Below, piece by piece: positions 35,350-45,505 of a DNA stretch of 56,965 nucleotides. Source of the stretch: a virus (Duplodnaviria > Caudoviricetes). The translations under genes and the position numbers were made by a program. The stretch covers positions 1-56,965 of IMG/VR virus record IMGVR_UViG_3300009506_000101; one strand, written 5' to 3'. The notes under the pieces are model-generated. The model made no database searches and was not told the origin of the DNA. It was given only the letters and a program-made list of their open reading frames with translations. Every line of letters starts with the position of its first letter. Position 1 is the stretch's first letter.

Positions 35350-36476
35350 TTCGCATCACTCCTTGCCTCAGCGGCAAGGCGCTGATCGGCGGTTTCGTAC
35401 TGGCGAACTTGTTCGGCAGGCGGCTGGTCTCGCACGACCTGCAACGTCATGGGGAGGTCCGGCAGGCTCGCGGTCAGCTCCTCGAATAGAGCCCGGTCGA
35501 GCTTCCGGAGTTTGAGCGCCGCTTCCCGGGAGGCCGGGACCAGCTTCTTGCCCATAAGGGCCTCGACCGCCGCCGTCGCGCGCTCATTCTCGGCGGTCTC
35601 GTTGGCAGCCCGCAGGGTCGCGAGCTCCGCGTCTTGGGCTGCCAGCTTGGCTTCCAGATCCGCAACGCGCCGCTTCTCAGCGGCGGCATCATCGGACCTG
35701 ACCTCGGGCACGGGCGCCACGGCAGGCGGGACCTGCTCGGGGTTGTCCGTGTTGTCGATTTCAGGGGGCATGGTGCTTCCTTCCGCCGCATCAGCGGCAT
35801 TGTTGAGCATGGACCTCTGAGCCAGTCGCTCGAGGTAGTCGTGATCGCCCGATAGCGTGACTGCTTCCGGGTTGGCCGGGATCGGGACGATCGAGATCTC
35901 GACCAGAACGTTGGGCTCAGTCGGGGAGCCGAGTCGGTACCCGCCCGTCGGCTTGCCCTCGTGGTCCAGGATGCGTTCCACCGCTCCCGGCCGGAACCCG
36001 ACCGACGCGGTCCTGAGCACCTCCTGGAGGATGCCCTGCCAGACTCGCTCGGCGAGCGGGGAGGCCCGGTCGTCGGAGAATTTGGGCTCGAACTCGAGCC
36101 GCCCGCCCACGACCTCGTGGCTGATGCTGCGACCGACCGGAATGGTCTCGGCCTGCGGGAGCGACCCGCCACCGAAGAATCCACCTCCTGTTGACCGGTT
36201 GTGGTTGTATAGGACCAGAGGATTCTTGTTATACCGGCTCAGGTCCCAGTGTTGCTCGACCACGTCGCCGTAGCTGTCCTCGGCGTTCGTTGACGCGATC
36301 ATCCGTACGGAGCGGTTTGCCTCGTTGAGCGTGTCGGCCTTGATCTCGAACCCGAAGTCGCGCCTGATGATGCCGTCGTGCTCGGGTGAATCTTGCTGCT
36401 GCTCGTTGAGCTCGTGCGAATGGGCTTTGCCTCCGGACACAACAGGAACTCGTGGCATGCTGCGCTTGCGCTTCAT
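35346..36476 (-). CDS. HK97-type prohead protease with scaffold extension
   Basis: ASTNAEDSYGD, NPLVLYNH, SVGFRP, LVEISIVPIPANPEA; coiled-coil C-terminus. Confidence 0.93.
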   Translation of the reverse strand: MKRKRSMPRVPVVSGGKAHSHELNEQQQDSPEHDGIIRRDFGFEIKADTLNEANRSVRMIASTNAEDSYGDVVEQHWDLSRYNKNPLVLYNHNRSTGGGFFGGGSLPQAETIPVGRSISHEVVGGRLEFEPKFSDDRASPLAERVWQGILQEVLRTASVGFRPGAVERILDHEGKPTGGYRLGSPTEPNVLVEISIVPIPANPEAVTLSGDHDYLERLAQRSMLNNAADAAEGSTMPPEIDNTDNPEQVPPAVAPVPEVRSDDAAAEKRRVADLEAKLAAQDAELATLRAANETAENERATAAVEALMGKKLVPASREAALKLRKLDRALFEELTASLPDLPMTLQVVRDQPPAEQVRQYETADQRLAAEARSDAK

Positions 36477-36527
36477 TTGGTCACCAAACTGGTTGGGTCG
36501 AGATCAGATCGGAGCCGATCGACGCCA

Positions 36528-37937
36528 TCACGGAGGCGGATCGTCCTCCGGGTCTGGCGGCGGTTCCGCTGCGGGTTGTTGGGGCTCGGCTGGGGCTGCT
36601 GGTTCTCCGAACGGTCCCGGCTGAGCTCCGGTCGTGAGCGTTTCTTCATCGGCTTCCGGCTCCGGCATCCTGGTTTCTTCCCGGACCCAATTGGCCCCGA
36701 CCTTCATCCGCTTGGCCAGCACGTCGACCGCGTTGGCAAACTGGACTAGGTCGACCTGCGTCTTGACGTCCGGCAGCAGCAGGGGGGCACGCTTGCCCGA
36801 GACGTTGAACGCGACCAGCGGCCTGACCAACATGGCGTTGACCGTGACGGCCAGCGCGAGTGCCCGTGCATCCCGCCGGGCCTGCGACATCCGGTACCCG
36901 ACCTCACCGAGGCTTCGGGCCCCGCGGTCCCCTGATTCGAGCAGGAGCGTGTGGCCTAGGATGGCTTTCGACAGCTCCATACCGAGCCACTCTTCGAGCT
37001 CGCGGAAACGAGATCCGCCCGACTGCCCCGTCGTCTTGGGGTACTCGACCAGCGCCTTCAGGGTCTCGGGGATGGCTGCGCCGCCAGACGTCGTGAGCTT
37101 TTGGGCCAGCTGCTTAGCAAACGCTATGTCTTCCTTCGACGCCGTCTTGAGGTACTGGATCAGCCGGATGGGCTTCCAGGCGTTCTCGCTCTCGGTCAAC
37201 CAGCCCTTGAGGCCGTGGTTCCGGAACATGCCGGCCCACGCCAGCATGCGGTCCAGGCCCTCTCGGATCGCGACATCGCCATTGATGCGTGGCCGGTGCT
37301 GGACGAACTTGCCGAGCGGATAGGATGCGAGCAGGTCCACCCCGCCCACGTCGACGTTGCGGTTGCCGGCGGCATCGAAGAGAAGCGCGCCTGTCGTCTG
37401 GCTGAACCCGAACCGGTTGGCCTGGACGTTCTTGGCGTCCGGGATCATCCAGCCACGGAGCAGCGGCTCGCCGCCGTCATACATGCGCCACAGCAGCTCG
37501 CTGGTCGCGTGACCGTGGCACTCGCCCTCGCCCGTCAGGTGGGCCAGCATCTGCTGCCACGCCCCGCATTCCCGGATCGCGGCCTGGACCTGCTTGGCCA
37601 GCTTCTGCTCGGACTTGCGGGGCTTGCCTCGGACTGCAGAAAGCGGGACGGCCTGCCACTCGAGCGACGCGACGTCGAGCTCGAGCGTGGTCAGGCAGGC
37701 GTGGATGTGCCCGTCCTTCTCCCGGATCTCGTGCACGAGATCGATCAGCTGATAGGGCCGACCTGAGTTCGCCGCAGCAATGATGCCGCTCAGGCCTTCT
37801 GGCGAGAGCGTGCCCCCGACCTGGAAGAACTGGCCCCACAGCGGAAGGTCCTGCACGACCTCGCCGGTGGGCGGCTTCTCCTCGGCCCTGGCTGCTGGCG
37901 CCGGCGGCCGTTGGCTGATGCGCCGACGCCTCGCCAT
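36528..37937 (-). CDS. portal protein (Mu gp29/DUF935)
   Basis: EKDGHIHACL, GHATSELLW, ELSKAILGHTL, SLGEV; real start MARRRR at 37937. Confidence 0.92.
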   Translation of the reverse strand: MARRRRISQRPPAPAARAEEKPPTGEVVQDLPLWGQFFQVGGTLSPEGLSGIIAAANSGRPYQLIDLVHEIREKDGHIHACLTTLELDVASLEWQAVPLSAVRGKPRKSEQKLAKQVQAAIRECGAWQQMLAHLTGEGECHGHATSELLWRMYDGGEPLLRGWMIPDAKNVQANRFGFSQTTGALLFDAAGNRNVDVGGVDLLASYPLGKFVQHRPRINGDVAIREGLDRMLAWAGMFRNHGLKGWLTESENAWKPIRLIQYLKTASKEDIAFAKQLAQKLTTSGGAAIPETLKALVEYPKTTGQSGGSRFRELEEWLGMELSKAILGHTLLLESGDRGARSLGEVGYRMSQARRDARALALAVTVNAMLVRPLVAFNVSGKRAPLLLPDVKTQVDLVQFANAVDVLAKRMKVGANWVREETRMPEPEADEETLTTGAQPGPFGEPAAPAEPQQPAAEPPPDPEDDPPP

Positions 37938-37939
37938 GC

Positions 37940-38587
37940 TCACCGGTAGAGCGTGAAGCCCGTTACGGTCGTGTTGGCGTAGTTGATGCGCCAGGGCGCG
38001 ATCGGCTGAGGCTCCTCGGCGGCGAACGGAGTCACGTCGATGTGCCCAGCCTGGTCCTGCGTCGCGATATTGCCGGCGTCGGATGCCCTGATGGACCTGA
38101 CCACGTTGTATTCCCCGCCCTCTAGCCACGGGCCGATGTCCTGGAAGCCTAGCGTCCAGGCACCGCTCGTGTCGTTCTGGGGTCCGATCGTAACCGAGCT
38201 CACGCTCTCGAGTGGCTTGTCTCCCACGAATGTCGCGTTCCCGTCCGTCCCCACAACGGTCGCGGTGCTGGTCGCGGGTACCCCACCGTAGGTGCCTGTG
38301 AAGACGACAGTCGTCCCGTTGATGTAGCTGCCTGCGCTGCTTGAGGCGGTCGCGCACGGGTACATCGGGATGCCCATCTCGGGCATCTGACCGGACGGCT
38401 TGTGGGCGTGGAGCGGGTAAGCGACATTCGATGCAACGTCGTCGCCGTTGAGCGCAGCGCCGCTGTACGTCACGGCGGCCGCAACGGTTGCGATCGTGGT
38501 CTTGATCGAGTCCAGGTCCTGGATGTTGGCCGTCGCCAACGTGATGGGCCTGGGGCTCGAGTAGAAGTCGGTGAGGCGGGTGCCCAT
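37940..38587 (-). CDS. putative virion structural protein
   Basis: Thr/Gly beta-rich 215 aa; tightly packed between neighbours. Confidence 0.7.
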   Translation of the reverse strand: MGTRLTDFYSSPRPITLATANIQDLDSIKTTIATVAAAVTYSGAALNGDDVASNVAYPLHAHKPSGQMPEMGIPMYPCATASSSAGSYINGTTVVFTGTYGGVPATSTATVVGTDGNATFVGDKPLESVSSVTIGPQNDTSGAWTLGFQDIGPWLEGGEYNVVRSIRASDAGNIATQDQAGHIDVTPFAAEEPQPIAPWRINYANTTVTGFTLYR

Positions 38588-38594
38588 GTCAGGC

Positions 38595-39818
38595 TCAGTA
38601 CGGCTTCAGGTACTTGACGTATGCCACCATCGCGCCCTTCGTGATGGTGTCGCAGTTGACGTCGCTATGGACCAGCACGCTCGGTGTCTGGCCACCTTCC
38701 ATGTTGGGCGGCAGGACCCCGACAGGGCTCGCGACCTTCGCGACGGCATTGAGGCTTCCGCCATCGATCCATCCGTCCGTGTCGCCGCCTGATTGCCCGA
38801 CATCAGCCGTCAGGCTTGCCGTATCGCCGACGTTGTCGAAGATGGCGGTCACGTCGAGGTAGGTCGCCAGCCGTACCGCTCCGGCCGGCAAAGCCGCGTC
38901 GAAATCGATGCTGCCGTCCGTAACTGCCCCGAGGGCTGCCACTTCCGCGAACCCGATCGCCTTGCTGGCAGTGTAGACCCTGTCGGCGCCAAGCTCCTGA
39001 AGCTGTGCCTCAACCTGGGTCCCGGTGAAGTAGTTCCCGGAGTCCGCGGCCCCGATGCGGCTCGCGCCAGTCGTGGCCGTTAGCTCGTCGAATGCATCGC
39101 CGACATTCGTGGCGGTGATCTTGTTGTTCGTGTCCTTGATGCCGATGAAGTCCGCGCCAGCCCCAGATGTCGTTGCCGCGAGGTCGACGTAATTCGGCAG
39201 CGCCGTGAAGGCCAGGTTGGTCGTGTTGAGCGTGATGGGCGCGTTGGTGCTCAGGATGTAGGCCGTGTCGGCGTTGGCCGTCCCTTCCGCCACCACCACG
39301 ATCGTCCCCGGCACCACCTCCGCGCTCGAGTCGAACTCGGGGATGCGGGTCATGGAGTACTTGGCGGAAGCACCTCCCACGGCCGTGAATGCGTAGAGGC
39401 CAACGTCGGCCGCAGCCGCCGCGCCCGTGTTGAGGAACAGGATGTCGCCCACGACGTTGGTCACACCATCGATCGCGCCAACTGCGCCGTTCGCGTCCGC
39501 CGTGATGGTGTTGCCGGTCCTGGTGTAGGCCCCGAGCGCCCCGGTCGTCATGTTGCGGGCCACCAGAACCTTTGGGGTCGCGGAGCCAGCTCCTGGCGCC
39601 ACCCACCGACCACTACCAGCCGACGGAGCCACGCCCCCGACGGTCGCGTTCTCGTCGAAGACGTAGACCGTCTGGCCCACGACCGCCATCTGGCCATGGA
39701 CGCGATAGTCAGCCGGCAATCCAGCCAGCAGGGTAGTGGTCGCGAAGTAGCCCGCAAGCCGCTCGCTCATTTCGCGGGACGCGCTATCGCCGTGCTTGAT
39801 GATGCCAACGCTGCTCAT
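38595..39818 (-). CDS. head fibre / decoration-like protein
   Basis: IDGVTNVVGD..GLY..V.EGTANADT..L.T..PITL.TT.L.F fibre module; C-terminal LPAGAV..YLDVT..F beta-sandwich. Confidence 0.7.
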   Translation of the reverse strand: MSSVGIIKHGDSASREMSERLAGYFATTTLLAGLPADYRVHGQMAVVGQTVYVFDENATVGGVAPSAGSGRWVAPGAGSATPKVLVARNMTTGALGAYTRTGNTITADANGAVGAIDGVTNVVGDILFLNTGAAAAADVGLYAFTAVGGASAKYSMTRIPEFDSSAEVVPGTIVVVAEGTANADTAYILSTNAPITLNTTNLAFTALPNYVDLAATTSGAGADFIGIKDTNNKITATNVGDAFDELTATTGASRIGAADSGNYFTGTQVEAQLQELGADRVYTASKAIGFAEVAALGAVTDGSIDFDAALPAGAVRLATYLDVTAIFDNVGDTASLTADVGQSGGDTDGWIDGGSLNAVAKVASPVGVLPPNMEGGQTPSVLVHSDVNCDTITKGAMVAYVKYLKPY

Positions 39819-39830
39819 TTTCTGTGTCTC

Positions 39831-41349
39831 CTAGAATCCGTAGTCACCATCGCCCGCGAAGTAGCCGTCGACGTGGATGTACGAATCGATGTCGTCCGTG
39901 CTGTCAATACCGCTCGGGGTCGCCATTACGGCGAGCGCGAACGCGTCGCCCTGGTCTGGGCTGCGCCCCAGAATCGCCTTGATCTCGTCCTTGCCCTGGA
40001 CCTTCATGGCCCCGTTGGCTCTGTTGAACGAGTAGGTCGGGGTGAGGAGGTCCTCCTCGAGTTCCGGAGGCTCCGCGTCCTTGTCGATCGCCCCGCCCTC
40101 CTCGAGCCAGTCCCGGATCCCGAACCACAGCTGGTCGCGCTTGCGGTAGTGCTGCTCGGGGTCGTCACTCGGACGGGCTGACCTCGATGATCTGGACCAG
40201 ATCGCCCAGCACGCCCTCGTTGAGCCATGCCCTCAGCTGGTCCGCGACTCCGCCGCCGTACCCTCCACCAGCATCGATCCGGATCGAGATTCTGCCTCCC
40301 GGCATCCGGTGTTGCTTGACCGCCTGCTTGACCAGTCCCGCGACCTGGATCGAGTCGTAGCCCGATACCTGGGTGGCCGGCATGGCCACGAGCCCGTGAA
40401 CCGGGCGGATGACGGAGTCATCGTCACCGAAGCGAGCGACATCAACCCCGATGGTCAGGTCCCGGGACGGCTGGACTCGACCGTGCCGCTGGTACGCTGC
40501 CTCCAGGGCCCCGAGCGACACGACCGTGTTGGTAGAGGATGTCGCGAAGTTGCCCGCGACCCGGACCTGGTAGCGGGGGTCGGTCTTGCCCCACGTCTTG
40601 GCGCGGTCATCGACCCACGACTGGACCGCCAGGCCCTCGATGCGGGACTCGCCCGAGTTCTCGGCCGCGCAGGCCTCGGAGCTCAGGTGATGCAGGCTCC
40701 AGCCAGAGCGCTCGCCGTGGAAGCAGTCGAAGAACTGGCCCGAGTTCTGGGTGGGGTTGCCGAATAGCGCGAACCATGCGCCGCCCGCTAGGTTGCCCTG
40801 CAGGGCGTCGAAGATCTCCTGCCGGACGCCCGAGGCCTCATCGACCAGGAACAGGAGCTCGGCGCCGCTGAATCCTCCGATGTTCTCGGCATCGTCCGTA
40901 CTGAAGCCTATGATCTCGCGGCCGTCGTCCCACTGCACGCCCGTGTCGGGCGCTAGCGCTGGCTCCGGGAGCGTGAAGCCTCTGGCCTTCGCTACTCTCC
41001 AGAGCCGGCGGACATCCCGCCAAGCCAGCTTTTTGACCTGACGGGCCGTCGGGGCCATCAGGATGACGCGCCCCTGAGCTCTCGTGCAGGACCACCACCA
41101 CGCCAGGACCGCTAGATCGAGTGTCTTGCCTGTCTTGTGACCAGAGCGCGTCGCGGTCCTGGGATGCTGCCCCACGCCGTCGAGTACTCGCCGCTGTCCC
41201 GACCAGTACCGAAGCCCAAAGACGTGCTCGCCGAATCCAGCCGGGTCGTCCCGGAACCGCTCGAACTCAATTGGGGCGGCCAGCTGTTGGGCCTGCTGCT
41301 CCTGCTGTGCCTGCAGGGAGCGCATCGTGGCCAACCGCCTGCGCGCCAT
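39831..41349 (-). CDS. terL: terminase large subunit (frameshift near 40170)
   Basis: SGHKTGKT, LVDEASG, GNPT, GVDVARFGDDDS; another frame continues RKRDQLWFGIRDWL..KDEIKAILGRSPDQGDAFALA to TAG at 39831. Confidence 0.93.
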
Positions 41350-41782
41350 CTCGCTCACCGGCAAGTGCCGCAAGGATTTGGGTTGCCAGCTCTGGACCAG
41401 CGACCGCTGTGACAGCATCCAGGATCCTTTCGAGTTCAGACTCGACCGTGACGTTCACCTGGGCCTTGTATCCGAACCGCTCGGACGCGATGTGCTCCAG
41501 GATCCAGGCGAGCGCCCTCCAGTCCTTGTTGCCGTGCTGCCTGATCTTCGCCAGCATGAGGGCCTGCGCCTCGGCCTGCGCCTGCTCGACCTTGTCCGAG
41601 AAGCCGATGAACTGGCGGTTCCCTTCCTTCGCCTTCGTAAGCCAGATGCGGAGCGTTCGGGACGCGATCCCGACGGCGTAGCAGGCCAGCTCTTTCGGCA
41701 CGCCGGCCTGCAGCAGCTTGAGCAGCCTGGCTTCGACGTCCTTCGTCAGCTTGGGGCGACGCCCCGGACCTCGTCCTGCCAT
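41267..41782 (-). CDS. terS: terminase small subunit
   Basis: GRRPKLT, HTH (AC..VGI..RT...W), DWRALAWILE; precedes TerL. Confidence 0.85.
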   Translation of the reverse strand: MAGRGPGRRPKLTKDVEARLLKLLQAGVPKELACYAVGIASRTLRIWLTKAKEGNRQFIGFSDKVEQAQAEAQALMLAKIRQHGNKDWRALAWILEHIASERFGYKAQVNVTVESELERILDAVTAVAGPELATQILAALAGERDGAQAVGHDALPAGTAGAAGPTAGRPN

Positions 41783-43181
41783 CAGGCTGCCTTTTGGGAT
41801 ATGCGTTCAGCATTGCCGCCGGTCGCCTTCTCCCAGCGGGCAATGATGCCGGAGCAGTACTTCGGAGACATCTCGATCATCCAGCACCGCAGACCAAGCT
41901 GCTCACACGCAATGAGCGTCGAGCCGGATCCTCCATGCGGATCGAGAACCAGGTCCCCTGCCTTCGTGGAGTTGCTCAGCTGCTCACCGATCAGTGGCGG
42001 CGGTTTCATGGTTGGATGGTCTTTGCTCGCCGATGGCCTCGGGAATTCAAAGACCGTGTCCTGCTTTCGATCCGGTGGTCTTTTGTGAGACTCTCCCGGA
42101 CTCCATCCGTAGAACACGAATTCATGTCGGTAATGGTAGTCGGACCTACCCATCACCCAGCGATCCTTCACCCAAACCAAAACCTGGCGGAGCACTCCGA
42201 TGCGCATCAACTCGGAGCCGAATGTCATACACTGCGGGCCCGGCGGGCCCGCAACGTACCAGACAGCTCCATGCTCCGTATGCTCGATCAGCAGCGCGAA
42301 GACGGAGCGCAGGAAGAGCCGGAGCTTTTCGTCGTCCTGCTGGTCGTTGTCGATCTTCAATGAGTCGGCAGTTTTCCCGACATATTCGACACCATATGGC
42401 GGATCCGTCCAAACCGCCTGTGCCTTCTCGGTCGGCCAGGCCCACGGCTCGCGATTGTCGGCGCAGACCAGCGTGTGACGCCCGAGCTTCCAGACGTCGC
42501 CGCGTTGGCAGATGAGTTCCGGATTCTCCGGAGGTCCGCCGTCGTCCTGAACGTCTCCAGACGCCGGCTCGCCGGAGGACTTCGTCAGCTCCTCGAGATC
42601 CGCCACGTCCCATCCGGCCAACTCCGCGTCGGCCAGAGAGACCTCTTTCAGCAGTTCCCAGAGCTCCGCATCGTCCCAGTCCGCCGCCTCTCCCAACCGG
42701 TTGTCCGCGAGCGCCAGCAGGTGGGCCTGCTCCTCGGTGACGTCGAGGAACCGGACAGGTACCAGCCCATCGGTCGCGATCTGGATGGCGCCCTGGTTCC
42801 ACCGAACCTCATCGGCTGCTCCTCGGTCGCGTCCCGCCACTCGGCCATCAGGAGCGCGACGGCCTTGAGCCTGGTGTGGCCCGCGATGAGCTCGCGGTCC
42901 GATTGCCTGGCCACCATCGGGGCCCCGAAGCCGAACCGCTTGATCGAAGCCGAGACCTTGACCGCCGCTTCGTCGTTTCGCCTCGGGTTGCGCCTCCAAG
43001 GCCTCAGACTGTCGGCCTTGACCCACTCGGCAGCAGCCTGTCCGGCCCGAGCAGCGTTCGGATCTTTCGGTGCAGCAGGCTTGGAAGCCGCTTGGCCCGC
43101 TGGCCTTTCACTATTCCGCCTACTGGCCGGCTTGGACGCTTTGGTCGTTGGCCTACTGGTCGACTGTCTCGCGACTGACAC
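41782..43181 (-). CDS. ParB-like nuclease domain + N6/N4 DNA methyltransferase fusion (frameshift near 42815)
   Basis: NPRRND..SIKRFGF..IAGHTRLKA (ORF 42648..43427); LADNRL, TDPPY, HPTMKP, LDPHGGSGST (ORF 41782..43026). Confidence 0.88.
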
Positions 43182-43380
43182 GCTCGTCACCCAGGTGTCT
43201 GACACCACGACCGATAGCCCATTGCTGGCTACTGGCGGCCTCGTGGTGAGCTCGTCTACCGGCAGGCATCGAGCTAGCCACGAGGTCACGCCCGGGCCAC
43301 TTGGCGGCGGCGAGGGGGGATGCGCCGCCATCTTGGGGCCCCACCCTATACGCGCGCGCGAGGCAAAAGTAGCGAATCGA

Positions 43381-43794
43381 TCACCGAGTTGGTACAGGAC
43401 GGCCGGACGAGAGCTCTCGCAGGGCACGATTCATGCTTCGAAGTGAATTTCGGAGCGCTCGGAGCTTTTGTTCGTGATCGGCGATTTGGGACTCGAGTGC
43501 GGACGTCCTGCTCTCCTGTAGGTTTGGGTCCGTTCGGAGCTCCCGCAAGAGGGCCTCGGCCGACACCATCATGGTCCTGGGACCGAACCGTTTGAGCAGC
43601 CCCGAGGCCCCCCGTCGGCGCGACTCCCGGTCCATAAATTTCAGCCGGCGCCGAACCGTCGCGACGGACGTCCACCGGAAGGGCTTGACAGCGTCCTCGC
43701 CGGCCTCGTTGGCCAGCAGCTGCCATTCCCGGCGCCGCAACGCGTTGAGCAGGCCCGTCGCTTCCTGGAACGTCAGCCACTTATCGGGCTTCAC
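43381..43794 (-). CDS. HTH/coiled-coil protein, candidate late regulator
   Basis: WLTFQEA, SVATVRRRL; last gene before the packaging operon. Confidence 0.55.
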   Translation of the reverse strand: MKPDKWLTFQEATGLLNALRRREWQLLANEAGEDAVKPFRWTSVATVRRRLKFMDRESRRRGASGLLKRFGPRTMMVSAEALLRELRTDPNLQESRTSALESQIADHEQKLRALRNSLRSMNRALRELSSGRPVPTR

Positions 43795-44060
43795 AGCTTC
43801 CGCGCCCCCTCCAAGATCCTGGTCAGCTCGCGCCCGCACCAAGCGGATTCTCGTGCGGCGTCGCAGGACTCGTGCTCGACCGTCGCCGCGTAGCATCGAT
43901 GCTGCCCCTTGAGTTTTTTGGCCAGCGCGGCCAGCCGCCCGACCTCACCGACGCTCAGCGTGATGCCGATCGCGTCTTCGCTGGCTTTCTGCTCTCGTCT
44001 CCGAGCCTCCACCAAGCTCGGCCATTCCCGATTGCGCCGCAGGCGTTCGCTCTCATCCAT
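43791..44060 (-). CDS. hypothetical protein
   Basis: Coupled ORF. Confidence 0.55.
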   Translation of the reverse strand: MDESERLRRNREWPSLVEARRREQKASEDAIGITLSVGEVGRLAALAKKLKGQHRCYAATVEHESCDAARESAWCGRELTRILEGARKL

Positions 44061-44295
44061 TGCTCGGCTTGCTCCAGTAGTACAGGTCTGGCGCGTTGGC
44101 CTTCTCGCGGGCTTTGAAGTCGTCGATCGAGTCCTGCCCTACCAGAATCGTGACTCCGCACTCAGTGCACCGCTCTCCGAATGGGCGTGGCGTTTGCCAG
44201 TGGTCCTGGTCTTCGGCGCCGCAATGCGGGCAGTCGAACATCCAGTGCTCCATCCCGCAGGTTTCGCAGTCGGCTCCCACGTAGAGCTTGATCAC
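44053..44295 (-). CDS. Zn-ribbon protein
   Basis: CETC, CPHC, CTEC; GTG after GGGGGAG. Confidence 0.6.
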   Translation of the reverse strand: MIKLYVGADCETCGMEHWMFDCPHCGAEDQDHWQTPRPFGERCTECGVTILVGQDSIDDFKAREKANAPDLYYWSKPSNG

Positions 44296-44369
44296 GGCTC
44301 CCCCCGATACCGATTTGGCGCCAGCGCGATTCCGCTGCCCAGCAGCTGCTCCAGGAACCTCCCGGGGAT

Positions 44370-44669
44370 TCAGCGTAGCCATGGCCGCTTGCGGAGCCGC
44401 CTTTCCTGCCTCCTGGCCTTCGATGCCTCGGCCCTACGCTCATGGCGGTTGCGTCCCGGAGCAGGATCTGGCTCGTCCACCACCCACCTGCCCGTGCCCT
44501 CGACGGGTCGGATGGCGTCGTCCTGGCTGGACAAAACCTCGAGCCGCTCCCCACACTGCCCGCAAGCCAGCTCGAACTGCCCGAGGTCGAACAGATCCGG
44601 GACGTTTGGCCTGATCGACATCTGCCCCATGACGCAGCAGCCTGGGCACCGGACAGTCACGAGCATCAT
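44370..44669 (-). CDS. Zn-ribbon protein
   Basis: CPGC..CGQC; NRHERRA tail. Confidence 0.6.
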   Translation of the reverse strand: MMLVTVRCPGCCVMGQMSIRPNVPDLFDLGQFELACGQCGERLEVLSSQDDAIRPVEGTGRWVVDEPDPAPGRNRHERRAEASKARRQERRLRKRPWLR

Positions 44670-45007
44670 GGCGCCCCATCCAGGATCTCGACCCCCTCCA
44701 GCATGCAGCACCACTGCAGGTCGATCCACGCAAGCTCTCCGAGCAGCACGTAGTGGGGCCGCATCCGCTTCGTGATGGGGTCGCGGCTCGCCGGGATCTC
44801 AAACACGTCATCGCGCCTGAGATCCGGGTCCAGCCTGAACTCGACGTCCGGAGGAGGAGGCCCCATCGCGTCGATCGTAGCCCTCATCTGCATGAGGTCC
44901 GGAAGCTCCAACCCGGCCGCGCCAGTGCTGAAGGTCTGGGGTGTGATGGTGGCGCTCGGCCAGTCCGCGAATAGCCAGAGTCCAGTTTTGGGATCCAGAT
45001 CAAACAT
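44666..45007 (-). CDS. hypothetical protein
   Basis: Coupled ORF. Confidence 0.55.
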   Translation of the reverse strand: MFDLDPKTGLWLFADWPSATITPQTFSTGAAGLELPDLMQMRATIDAMGPPPPDVEFRLDPDLRRDDVFEIPASRDPITKRMRPHYVLLGELAWIDLQWCCMLEGVEILDGAP

Positions 45008-45290
45008 ACTCTCTGGCCCTTCGGATCGCCTCGAGAAGCTCAGTCGTCCCCATCATGGCCTCGATGCTGGTGCCTCCGGTCCGGAGCACGAGCGTGAGGC
45101 ACCCGGGCCCGTCGATGAATCCCAGGCCTCCGTCATCCGACCGCACCACTTCCCGCTCATGCTCCACACGTAGCTCCAAAACCCCGCGGTTGATGCCGAG
45201 GTCACCCAGCGCGACCCGGCTGATATGGACCTGAAGCTCGACTGCCTTGGGCTCGGGCTTTTCCTGCCCGCACGCTTCACACTTGCTCAT
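45000..45290 (-). CDS. hypothetical protein
   Basis: MSKCEACG; coupled. Confidence 0.55.
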   Translation of the reverse strand: MSKCEACGQEKPEPKAVELQVHISRVALGDLGINRGVLELRVEHEREVVRSDDGGLGFIDGPGCLTLVLRTGGTSIEAMMGTTELLEAIRRAREYV

Positions 45291-45505
45291 CCCTCATCCC
45301 TCCAGCGCGCCCACCAGGTGGCCAGCCTCTCGAGCAGACCGGGGCGCGGGTTCAGCTGGTTCCACTCTTCGATACACCACAGGGCCGCGCTGCTGCTCGA
45401 CCGCCATCGCGTCGCCTGTCCGCACCCGCACTTCAGCCGCACGCTCCACGACCTCGCGTCCGTCTCGGTCTCGGGCAGCGACCCGCACTTCTGGCAGCGG
45501 TTCAC
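45287..45505 (-). CDS. Lar-like (restriction alleviation) Zn-finger protein
   Basis: CQKCGS..CGCG..IEEWN pattern. Confidence 0.55.
   Translation of the reverse strand: MNRCQKCGSLPETETDARSWSVRLKCGCGQATRWRSSSSAALWCIEEWNQLNPRPGLLERLATWWARWRDEG

Noticed and set aside
36528-38357. 609-aa portal as listed in the ORF track
   Set aside because: Its first ~140 codons overlap the real 37940-38587 gene and read as off-frame sequence; the start at 37937 fits better
40165-40180. Programmed frameshift in TerL
   Set aside because: No slippery sequence, and similar breaks occur in several unrelated genes, so an indel is more parsimonious
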